Assembly: GCA_024228575.1 (NCBI GenBank)
Contig: JAAETH010000310.1
Span: forward strand, 1 to 44,152
Length of the DNA stretch: 44,152 bases
Origin: Actinomycetes bacterium
Lineage (GTDB): Bacteria > Actinomycetota > Acidimicrobiia > Acidimicrobiales > Poriferisodalaceae
Direction of reading: 5' to 3'
The number at the start of each line of letters is the position of its first letter. Position 1 is the stretch's first letter. The translations under genes were made by a program, and so were the position numbers. Below, piece after piece: positions 25,166-33,043 of the stretch. The notes beneath the pieces were generated by a model, which saw only the letters and a program-made list of their open reading frames with translations, searched no databases and was not told the DNA's origin.

Positions 25166-25794
25166 CAGTTGTCTCCTGTCTCGTTGAAGATCTCTTTGTC
25201 GCGAACCACCTTGTAGATGCGCAGCTCGCGGTCCCACCCGATAAGTCGGACCAGATCACCCGCCGTCAAGCCCCTGTCGGCCGGTGCCCGAACCTCTATT
25301 CGCGACATCGTGCCGTCGTCCCAGGTGGCGTCGGCGTATCCGAACGTCTCGTCGACTCGTCCCGATCGGATGACGGCCTCGTGACCGATCAACTCGTCGT
25401 CGTGTGGTGCCCGAGCCGTTTCCATCATCGAACCGAGGGGCCTTGCGACCTTCGCTCCGAGGTACAGGGCGGAAACGAGTGAGACCACGAAGATCAAGAC
25501 TGAAACGCCGACGAGGGCTATCCCTTCGACGGGGTCGAGCAGGAACATGGCCGCGATGACGGACACGAACCAGCCGATGAGGCTGACGATGGTGATCACC
25601 ACAAGCGGTGGAACCCCGGCCATGCCGACGCCATCGAGGGCATCGCCGAGCGTTCCGTCGAGCGCATCGCCATCGAAGTCGAGCACTCCGAGGGCACCGA
25701 CCAACCACAAGACGAGTGAAATCGCCAATGGGACCCCGAAGACGAGGGCAACCGGCGAGGTCGCCGCATCCATGAATTCAGTCATCGGCTCCAC
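25165..25794 (-). CDS. NfeD-like membrane protein (YqiJ-type) with C-terminal OB-fold
   Basis: 209 aa with several TM helices followed by an OB-fold-like C-terminus ('GHEAVIRSGRVDETFGYADATWDDGTMSRIEVRAPADRGLTAGDLVRLIGWDRELRIYKV'). Lies immediately upstream of the flotillin gene, the canonical NfeD-flotillin pair. Confidence 0.8.
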   Translation of the reverse strand: MEPMTEFMDAATSPVALVFGVPLAISLVLWLVGALGVLDFDGDALDGTLGDALDGVGMAGVPPLVVITIVSLIGWFVSVIAAMFLLDPVEGIALVGVSVLIFVVSLVSALYLGAKVARPLGSMMETARAPHDDELIGHEAVIRSGRVDETFGYADATWDDGTMSRIEVRAPADRGLTAGDLVRLIGWDRELRIYKVVRDKEIFNETGDN

Positions 25795-25938
25795 CCAGTA
25801 TTCCCATAGTGAACGTCAAACGACCGTTCCGACCGAGGAGTTCCCAGTACCGGTCGGCCGCACATCAACTCGCTTCACTCCGAAAGCTAGTTCTGGTCCT
25901 GCGGGTGGTTTGTGGATAGGTATCCCAGCGGTCGGCGG

Positions 25939-27123
25939 TCAAGCAGCGCGCGAGGCCGGCAGCGCAACGACGACGGCCGAGCTGACGATGGCGATGGTCA
26001 AGATGATGACCGGTGCCGTGCTCGATGAGTTGTCGGACAACCAGCCGGCGAGGGGTGGCCCGATCAACCCACCGATTCCGAATGCTGCGTACAACACGCC
26101 CATCCGTTTGCCCAGGCCCGCTGTGCCGTGGGTGACGATCATCAACTCGGGGCCGACAGCGACAAACCCGCCGTAGGCAACCCCCAGTACGCCACCAAAC
26201 GCGACGAGCATCCAGTAGTTGCCATCGGAGAGCAGCCAGATGACATAGGCGATCGGCTGCAGGGCCAACGCCGCCAGGAAGACCGATCCCGGTCCGAAGC
26301 GAGCGGTCAGCGTCGAGAGCCCGAGGCGCCCAACGATGCTCGTCATGCCGATGACGGCGATGAGCCTGGCGGCGGCCTGACTCGTGATTCCCGCATCCTC
26401 GGCAAACGGCACCACAAAGGCGAATGCCACGTAGAGGCCGATGGACATCAGGAGTGACGAGAAGAACAGCGACCGGTACTCGAGGCTTGCGAAGAGTTTC
26501 ACCGAGGCGTCCTCTGGCACCGGAGTCGGCACCCGCCCGCGGGTCCCGATCAGCGGCACTGCGGCCACGAACACGACGCCGGCGATGACCGCCAGCCACA
26601 GATAGGCCGAACGCCAGCCGTTGCGCTCTATCAGCTCGGCCGACAGGGGCGACATCACCAGGGTTCCGACACCGTTGCCCGCGGCGAGTGTGGCGAGAGC
26701 GACGGCTCTGCGTTGCACAAAAAGTCGTCCCACCTGGGCACTGAGTGGAGCTATGAACATGCCAGCACCAACACCGACTCCGATGCCGTAGGTGAGATAT
26801 CCCAGCCAGAGGTGTTCCACGGTCGAGGTGACGGCGAGTCCTGTGACGAAGACCGTGGCGCCGATGACGAACATCGGGAGTGCACCGAACCGATCGCCGA
26901 GAGGTCCGGCCACAGCTCCGCCACCGAAGAAGAACAGCAACGTCAGGCCGAAGATGACAGCGGTCGGTCCCCGGGTGGCGTCGAACTCGTCGGCCATGGC
27001 GTCGACGAAGTTGCCGAATGTGTAGGCGATACCGAAGGCAGTCCCGTTGGCGGCCGCACAAGCGCCAGCTGCCCCCCAGGCCCTGCGCGAGTCGAGCTCG
27101 ATCGGGGTGCGTTGTTTGATCAT
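25939..27123 (-). CDS. MFS transporter
   Basis: 394 aa with about 12 predicted TM segments. MFS-like 'GPLGDRFG' motif after TM2. The overlapping 433-aa alternate-frame ORF (25865..27166) is Arg-rich and is rejected. Confidence 0.8.
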   Translation of the reverse strand: MIKQRTPIELDSRRAWGAAGACAAANGTAFGIAYTFGNFVDAMADEFDATRGPTAVIFGLTLLFFFGGGAVAGPLGDRFGALPMFVIGATVFVTGLAVTSTVEHLWLGYLTYGIGVGVGAGMFIAPLSAQVGRLFVQRRAVALATLAAGNGVGTLVMSPLSAELIERNGWRSAYLWLAVIAGVVFVAAVPLIGTRGRVPTPVPEDASVKLFASLEYRSLFFSSLLMSIGLYVAFAFVVPFAEDAGITSQAAARLIAVIGMTSIVGRLGLSTLTARFGPGSVFLAALALQPIAYVIWLLSDGNYWMLVAFGGVLGVAYGGFVAVGPELMIVTHGTAGLGKRMGVLYAAFGIGGLIGPPLAGWLSDNSSSTAPVIILTIAIVSSAVVVALPASRAA

Positions 27124-27223
27124 GATGGTTGCCCCCGATACGGATCATCCGGCGGGCCGAACACAAGCCCGATCGTCTCCCGCTCGTCCGTTTCGCTGAA
27201 CTCGTATGGCCCGATGTGGATCG

Positions 27224-28207
27224 TCAAGGCTTGACCGCCAGACGACCACTGACCTTGCGGAGGCGGATGCGCTCGAACGCGCCGAGCAGATCGGTCAGAT
27301 CGACCTTTTCGACCTTCGGTGGATCGAGTCGGCCCGCCTGGTAGGCCGCCATGATCTGGTCGTGGGCATGTTCGACGACGTGGCGTCGCTCGAGCGTCAG
27401 ATATGACCCCCAGTAGAGGCCGATGATCGAGTAGTTCTTCACCAGGGCGTGGTTTGCCGGATAGCTGGGCACCGCGCCTGTCGCGAAACCGATGATCAGC
27501 AAACGCCCTTCCCAGGCCATCATTCGTCTGGTCAGATCTCCCAGCTCGCCACCAACAGCGTCGTAGGCAACATCAACTCCGCGTCCGCCCGTTATGGACA
27601 TGACCTCCTCGTAGACGTCTGCGTGATGGCTGTCGATTACGTGATGTGCACGCAACGATTTGACGTATTCGACCTTGTCGACACCGCCGGCGGTCGCGAT
27701 GACCGTGGCGCCTGCGGCTATGCCGAGCTGTACCGCTGACGAGCCGACGCCCCCCGATGCACCGTGGACGAGCAGGAATTCGCCCGGTTGGAGCCGAGCT
27801 CTGTGATGCAGCGCGACGTGCGACGTCTGGTAGGTCGTGAACAGCACCGTGGCGGCTTCTGGCGAGACCTCTGGTGGGATGACCAGCACAGACCTCGACG
27901 CGAGCAACGCCAGCTCTGCATACCCGCCGGCTCCAGACGAGGTCACCCCGACGACTCGATCACCGACCTTGCACCGTCCTGATCGGTCGGACTCGACGAC
28001 GATTCCGCAGGTCTCGACCCCGGGCGTGAATGGAAGCTCTGGCTTCTCCTGATATGTGCCACGACATTGGAGGATGTCTGCGAAGTTGACGTTTGTTGCC
28101 TCGACCCTGATCAGGATTTCGTCGGGATCCGGTTGGGGATCGTCCATGTCGCCGAGACAGAGGACGTCCTCGGGTTCTCCGAGCTCAACGAGTTGCCATC
28201 CCCTCAA
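27224..28207 (-). CDS. Zn-independent MDR-family NAD(P)H:quinone oxidoreductase
   Basis: 327 aa. 'LVHGASGGVGSSAVQLGIAAGATVIATAG' nucleotide-binding motif. N-terminal GroES-like fold typical of Qor/zeta-crystallin. Confidence 0.85.
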   Translation of the reverse strand: MRGWQLVELGEPEDVLCLGDMDDPQPDPDEILIRVEATNVNFADILQCRGTYQEKPELPFTPGVETCGIVVESDRSGRCKVGDRVVGVTSSGAGGYAELALLASRSVLVIPPEVSPEAATVLFTTYQTSHVALHHRARLQPGEFLLVHGASGGVGSSAVQLGIAAGATVIATAGGVDKVEYVKSLRAHHVIDSHHADVYEEVMSITGGRGVDVAYDAVGGELGDLTRRMMAWEGRLLIIGFATGAVPSYPANHALVKNYSIIGLYWGSYLTLERRHVVEHAHDQIMAAYQAGRLDPPKVEKVDLTDLLGAFERIRLRKVSGRLAVKP

Positions 28208-28231
28208 TTTGAGTCCCCCTCCCAGGTCGGA

Positions 28232-28771
28232 TCAAACAACGACGGCCAGCGCCATCACCGCCAAGCCGACGACGAACACACCGCCCGCCAGAAGCATCGC
28301 AAACACCGAGGCTGCAAGTCGAGCCGGGGCGAGGGTGCCCACCGCCGAGCTGAATGGGGCGAGTTCCTCATCGAGTGATCCCCGTACCTCGCCGAGAAGT
28401 GAGACGGCGTTGCGAACAGTTCCGATCAACCCCGACCGTCGAGCCGCAGCAACCTTGACCGCGTCGACGCGTTTGAGCAGAACATCGTCGAGCTCCACAA
28501 GCCCTCTGACAGCATCTGGCAGCTCGAGGACGGCGGCCATCGCCTGGCGGGTCGACCATAGGAGTAGGGCGGGAACTGCCAGGACGGCACAGAAGGGAAT
28601 GACCAGGATGAACCAGGCTCCACGGGCGCCGAGCCAGATGAATCCGAAGAAGGTGAGTGCAGTTCCGGCGACGGACGCGGCGGTACCCATGAGCAGAACC
28701 GCCCTGGCCCCACGGACGACCGGAATGGCGCGCTCGAGCCAATCGACGGCCTTGGCGGCAGCGGCTCTCAC
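28232..28771 (-). CDS. Hypothetical membrane protein
   Basis: 179 aa with 3-4 hydrophobic helices. Co-directional and tightly spaced between the acdH-like and qor-like genes. No recognisable family. Confidence 0.4.
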   Translation of the reverse strand: MRAAAAKAVDWLERAIPVVRGARAVLLMGTAASVAGTALTFFGFIWLGARGAWFILVIPFCAVLAVPALLLWSTRQAMAAVLELPDAVRGLVELDDVLLKRVDAVKVAAARRSGLIGTVRNAVSLLGEVRGSLDEELAPFSSAVGTLAPARLAASVFAMLLAGGVFVVGLAVMALAVVV

Positions 28772-28781
28772 CTCGGGTTGC

Positions 28782-29972
28782 TCAACTGAAGGCGTTCTGG
28801 CCGGTGATGGCCTGGCCCATCACGAGGGTGTGGATCTCGTTGGTGCCTTCGTAGGTGTAGACCGACTCGAGGTTGTTCATGTGGCGGATTACCGGGTATT
28901 CGGTCGTGATGCCGTTCGCTCCCAAAATGCTGCGGGCTTCGCGCGCCACGTCGATGGCCATCTGGACATTGGTCATCTTGCCGAAGCTGACCTGAGCGGG
29001 CGACAACATGTCCTGGTCCTTCAACCGACCCAGGTGATAGGCGGTGAGGGTGCCCTTCTGTACGGCGACCATGAAGTCGACGAGCTTCTTCTGGGTGAGC
29101 TGGAATCTGGCGATGGGCCCACCGAACTGAATCCGGGTCGTGGCGTAGTCGAGGGCTGCCTCGTAACACGCCCGCCCGGCGCCAACCGCTCCGAAGAGGA
29201 TTCCGAAACGGGCTTCGTTGAGGCACGACAGCGGTCCGCGCAGCGAGGCCACACCCGGCAACACGGCGGCTTCGGGGAGCCTGACGTTGTCGAGGATCAA
29301 CTCGGAGGTCACCGACGCACGAAGCGAGACCTTGCGATGAATCTCCGGGGCGGAGAAGCCGGGGGTGTCCGTCGGCACGACGAAGCCGCGAACGCCCTCA
29401 TCGGTGCGAGCCCAAACGACGGCGACGTCGGCCACCGAGCCGTTGGTGATCCACATCTTTGCGCCGTTGAGGATCCAATCGCCCGACGGATCCTGCTTGG
29501 CGTGGGTTCGCATCGACGACGGATCCGAGCCAGAGTCGGGCTCGGTCAATCCGAAGCACCCGATGGCCTCACCCGCGGCCATCGGAGGCAACCACTCTTC
29601 CTTCTGCTCTTCGGATCCGTATGCCCAGATCGGGAACATGGCAAGTGAACCCTGAACACTGACGAAGCTGCGCAACCCCGAGTCGCCGGCTTCGAGTTCC
29701 ATACACGCGAGGCCATACATCATCGCCGATGAACCCGAGCAGCCGTAGCCCTCCAGGTGCATGCCGAGCAGGCCGAGCTTGCCGACAGCTGGAGCGACTT
29801 CCTTGATCGGGAAGGTTCCGGCATCGAACCACTCGCCGACGTGGTCGAGGATGTTGTCGGCAACGTAGCGGCGGACGGTGTCGCGAAGCATGATCTCGTC
29901 ATCGTCGAGCAGGCCGTCGGTTGCCAGGAAGTCTCTTGGTGATTCCTTGCGTGGGCGAAGGGGCGTTGCCAT
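28782..29972 (-). CDS. Acyl-CoA dehydrogenase (glutaryl-CoA dehydrogenase-like)
   Basis: 396 aa. Blocks 'GCFGLTEPDSGSDPSSMRT', 'ITNGSVADVAVVWA' and 'YEGTNEIHTLVMGQAITG' are ACAD family signatures. Confidence 0.9.
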   Translation of the reverse strand: MATPLRPRKESPRDFLATDGLLDDDEIMLRDTVRRYVADNILDHVGEWFDAGTFPIKEVAPAVGKLGLLGMHLEGYGCSGSSAMMYGLACMELEAGDSGLRSFVSVQGSLAMFPIWAYGSEEQKEEWLPPMAAGEAIGCFGLTEPDSGSDPSSMRTHAKQDPSGDWILNGAKMWITNGSVADVAVVWARTDEGVRGFVVPTDTPGFSAPEIHRKVSLRASVTSELILDNVRLPEAAVLPGVASLRGPLSCLNEARFGILFGAVGAGRACYEAALDYATTRIQFGGPIARFQLTQKKLVDFMVAVQKGTLTAYHLGRLKDQDMLSPAQVSFGKMTNVQMAIDVAREARSILGANGITTEYPVIRHMNNLESVYTYEGTNEIHTLVMGQAITGQNAFS

Positions 29973-30047
29973 TGGTGCATTCCTGTGTGTCGATCCGGAA
30001 CTCGAAGTATCGCATAGCCAGTCGGTTTCACCTCAGGGTTCCGGTGT

Positions 30048-30063
30048 GCGAACATGTGTTCGA
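30048..30063 (+). promoter_or_regulatory. Actinobacterial LexA/SOS box (Cheo-like) at dinB
   Basis: GCGAACATGTGTTCGA matches the mycobacterial/actinobacterial LexA consensus TCGAAC-N4-GTTCGA in 15 of 16 positions. It is a perfect palindrome across CGAAC/GTTCG and overlaps the dinB start codon. Confidence 0.75.
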
Positions 30064-31238
30064 TGTACCTACACGCCGATCTCGATGCGTTCTACGCCTC
30101 GGTCGAGCAACGCGACAACCCGAGGCTCCGCGGCAAGCCGGTCATCGTCGGGGGTGGCGTCGTGCTCGCCGCCAGCTACGAGGCCAAACGTCGTGGGGTC
30201 AAGACGGCCATGGGTGGCCGCGCGGCCAGGGCGGTGTGTCCCGACGCAATCGTGGTGCCGCCGCGTATGGACGCCTACACAACTGCCTCCAAAGCGGTGT
30301 TCTCGATCTTCCGGGAAACATCGCCCTGGGTAGAGGGCCTGTCGATCGACGAGGCGTTCCTCGATGTCTCGGGATTGCGACGTTTGTCCGGCTCACCAGA
30401 ACAGATCGCCGCTCACCTGCGGGACCGCGTGAGAGACGAGGTCGGCCTCGCCATCACCGTAGGTGTGGCCAATACCAAGTTCCTGGCGAAGGTCGCCAGC
30501 GGCGTGGGTAAGCCCGACGGGCTGCTCCTCGTCGAACCGGGCTACGAACTCGCGTTCCTCCACCCGCTGACTGTCGAGCGGTTGTGGGGAGTAGGCCCCG
30601 TCACCGCCCGCAAGCTGAACGACCGTGGGCTGACCACGGTCGCCCAGGTCGCCCAACTCGACGTCGGTGTACTGGTCGGTCTCCTCGGCAAGGGGCAGGG
30701 CCAGCACCTTCACGCCCTCGCCCACAATCTCGATCCGAGACCGATTCGGGTCGGTCACAGGCGAGGGTCAATCGGCTCACAGCGTGCCCTCGGACGGATG
30801 AATCCATCTCGAGATGAGTCCCAGGTGATGCTCATCGGCCTCGTCGATCGCATCACCCGGAGAATGCGCCGCGCCGAGCGAGTCGGGCGGACCGTGGTCT
30901 TGCGGATGCGCTACGACGACTTCACCAAGGGCACTCGCAGTCACACCCTGGACGAGGCGACCAGCGAGACAGCACCGATCCTCGCATCGACCCGAATGCT
31001 TCTCAACAGGGCGTGGCCGATGCTCGACGAGAGAGGTCTGACGATGATTGGTGTGTCGGTCACAAACCTGAGCAATGCCAATGCCGTTCAGTTGACCCTT
31101 CCGCTGGGTCCGCGGGCACGACCATCGGTCGATTCGGCATTCGACGAGATCCGCGACAAGTTCGGTACCAACAGCTTGAAGCGTGCCACCCACCTCGGCG
31201 AAAGTCAGCATTCGATCATGCCGATGCTCCCCGATTGA
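30063..31238 (+). CDS. dinB: DNA polymerase IV (Y-family translesion polymerase)
   Basis: '[31 protein letters not shown]' is the canonical DinB N-terminus. Palm, finger and little-finger order is as in DinB. Start placed at the ATG at 30063 (the track gives 30054). An SOS box overlaps the start. Confidence 0.9.
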   Translation: MYLHADLDAFYASVEQRDNPRLRGKPVIVGGGVVLAASYEAKRRGVKTAMGGRAARAVCPDAIVVPPRMDAYTTASKAVFSIFRETSPWVEGLSIDEAFLDVSGLRRLSGSPEQIAAHLRDRVRDEVGLAITVGVANTKFLAKVASGVGKPDGLLLVEPGYELAFLHPLTVERLWGVGPVTARKLNDRGLTTVAQVAQLDVGVLVGLLGKGQGQHLHALAHNLDPRPIRVGHRRGSIGSQRALGRMNPSRDESQVMLIGLVDRITRRMRRAERVGRTVVLRMRYDDFTKGTRSHTLDEATSETAPILASTRMLLNRAWPMLDERGLTMIGVSVTNLSNANAVQLTLPLGPRARPSVDSAFDEIRDKFGTNSLKRATHLGESQHSIMPMLPD

Positions 31239-31347
31239 GCCCCTGAGCCGCACCCGTGGCTGCCCCGTCGAAATCGGCACGACCCCCGCCATACTGATCA
31301 TTCCCAAGACGACACCGGGCCTCGGGTCGGAACCAAGGAGCATGGAC

Positions 31348-31848
31348 ATGGCACAGATCACCCTCGGCGGGAGCCCGATCAACACCGGTGGAACGGTTCC
31401 CATGGTGGGTTCGCCCGCCCCCGCGTTCACGCTGACGGCTGGCGATCTCAGCCCCGTTCAGAACGCCGACTTCGCCGGTCAGAACCTGGTGCTCAACATC
31501 TTTCCGAGCATCGATACGCCCACGTGTGCCACCAGTGTCCGCACCTTCAACGAACGCGCGGCTGGTGTCGACAACACCGTCGTGCTGAACGTCTCGGCCG
31601 ATCTTCCCTTCGCCCAGGGCCGATTCTGTGGAGCGGAGGGCATCGAGAATGTCTCGAACGCCTCGACGTTCAAGAACCCCGAGTTCCTCATCGCCTACGG
31701 CGTGAACATGGTCGACGGCAAGCTCGAGGGTCTCTGTGCCCGTGCCGTTGTGGTGATCGATGGCGAAGGCAACGTCATCCACAGCGAGCTCGTACCCGAG
31801 ATCGCCCAAGAGCCCGACTACGACGCAGCCCTCGGCGCCCTCGGCTGA
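31348..31848 (+). CDS. tpx: Thiol peroxidase (atypical 2-Cys peroxiredoxin Tpx)
   Basis: '[23 protein letters not shown]' matches the Tpx active-site block. The AAGGAG Shine-Dalgarno sits only 2 nt before the first ATG (31342) and 8 nt before the ATG at 31348, so the latter is the likely start. The track ORF from 31183 is a spurious N-terminal extension. Confidence 0.9.
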   Translation: MAQITLGGSPINTGGTVPMVGSPAPAFTLTAGDLSPVQNADFAGQNLVLNIFPSIDTPTCATSVRTFNERAAGVDNTVVLNVSADLPFAQGRFCGAEGIENVSNASTFKNPEFLIAYGVNMVDGKLEGLCARAVVVIDGEGNVIHSELVPEIAQEPDYDAALGALG

Positions 31849-31911
31849 CCCAGCCCGGTATCTCCTTCGGTGCGCGTCTTCGAAGAGCAGGGCCGAACGC
31901 GACGGTTTGTT

Positions 31912-33036
31912 CTATCCGGGGAGGGTGTCGAGGCGCGACGCCCACGAGGCGGCGATGGCTACCAAGCCCACCGCGGCAGCACCCGCGAATGCTAGCGACG
32001 GGTTGCGGGTGAACACCGGCAGCCAGATGATCTGGCTGAGGCCCACTCCTGCGAAACGATAGGCGAGCATCATGGACAATCCGCCGCCGCGGTTGTTCTC
32101 GATCGCCCCTGCACCGATCGCGTGGAACGAGACGACGGACAGGTTTGCGATGACCCATGTCGCCAACCATGCCGTGGCAAGAACCGCACCGTTGGTGTCG
32201 AACACGCCGGCGAGGACGAGGTTCCCGACGATCGCTCCCGCCAGCCCGATCGCCACACCTCTGCGGCCACCGAGTCGGTCCATGCGCCCGCCCATCAATG
32301 GACCGGTCAAGGCTGCGCCGAGGCCCGCGATCAACAGGATCATCCCGGTGGTTCGACCATCGAGTCCGAGCTCGTCGCGAGCTGCCAACCCGACCAGGAT
32401 TCCGGCACCGAGTGGACCGATCGATCCGGCCATGAAGCCGAACCCCAACAGGTTGATCGGTCTTGTGAAAAGGGGGCGCAGCGAAGGCGGGCTTGTCGCG
32501 ACACGACCGGCCTCGGGCGGGGCGAAGATGGCAATGCTGAGCGCCACCGCGGCCGCGACAACAAAGGCCGAGCGCCATTCGGCGTCTGCTGCCAGACCGC
32601 CCACGAGTGGCGCGGCCGCTGTGCCGACGGCCTGGAAACTCGAGTAGAAACCCACCGCCCGACCCAACAACTCCGATGGTGTCGTCTCGGCGAGTGCGGC
32701 CACCAGCAATGGTGTGAAGAAGGCGTTGAGCATGCCCTGTAGGGCCCTTCCGAAGAGGAACCACCCGAAGCTTGGTGCGAGTGCACATATCAACGATGCG
32801 CCCGCGTAACCCGCCGCTGTCAGGCGAACGGTGCGGTTGCGTCCCCATCGTTCGCCCAGGGTGCCCGAGAAGACCATGAGGGCGGCCATCGGCAGCACGT
32901 ACATCGTGATGTTGAGGCCGGCGACCTCGGTACTGACCGAGAACTCGTCGCGCAGCTCTGGCAGCATCGGGACGGTGACGATGGTCCCGAACGGGCCAAG
33001 GAAACCGCCGAGGTACAGCGCGAAACGGCGGCTCAT
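31912..33036 (-). CDS. MFS transporter
   Basis: About 12 TM helices. Start chosen at internal M ('MSRRFALYLGGF') because the first 38 track codons are Arg/Pro-rich low complexity. Confidence 0.75.
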   Translation of the reverse strand: MSRRFALYLGGFLGPFGTIVTVPMLPELRDEFSVSTEVAGLNITMYVLPMAALMVFSGTLGERWGRNRTVRLTAAGYAGASLICALAPSFGWFLFGRALQGMLNAFFTPLLVAALAETTPSELLGRAVGFYSSFQAVGTAAAPLVGGLAADAEWRSAFVVAAAVALSIAIFAPPEAGRVATSPPSLRPLFTRPINLLGFGFMAGSIGPLGAGILVGLAARDELGLDGRTTGMILLIAGLGAALTGPLMGGRMDRLGGRRGVAIGLAGAIVGNLVLAGVFDTNGAVLATAWLATWVIANLSVVSFHAIGAGAIENNRGGGLSMMLAYRFAGVGLSQIIWLPVFTRNPSLAFAGAAAVGLVAIAASWASRLDTLPG

Positions 33037-33043
33037 GGGTGAG

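Noticed and set aside
25865-27166. 433-aa minus-strand ORF overlapping the MFS gene in another frame
   Set aside because: Arg/His-rich alternate frame. The 394-aa frame gives 12 clean TM helices and is taken as real.
28056-29648. 530-aa plus-strand ORF
   Set aside because: It lies antisense to the acyl-CoA dehydrogenase and membrane-protein genes. The product is Arg/Ser/Ala/Thr-rich low complexity with no motifs, the classic high-GC antisense artefact. The minus-strand ACAD has unmistakable family signatures.
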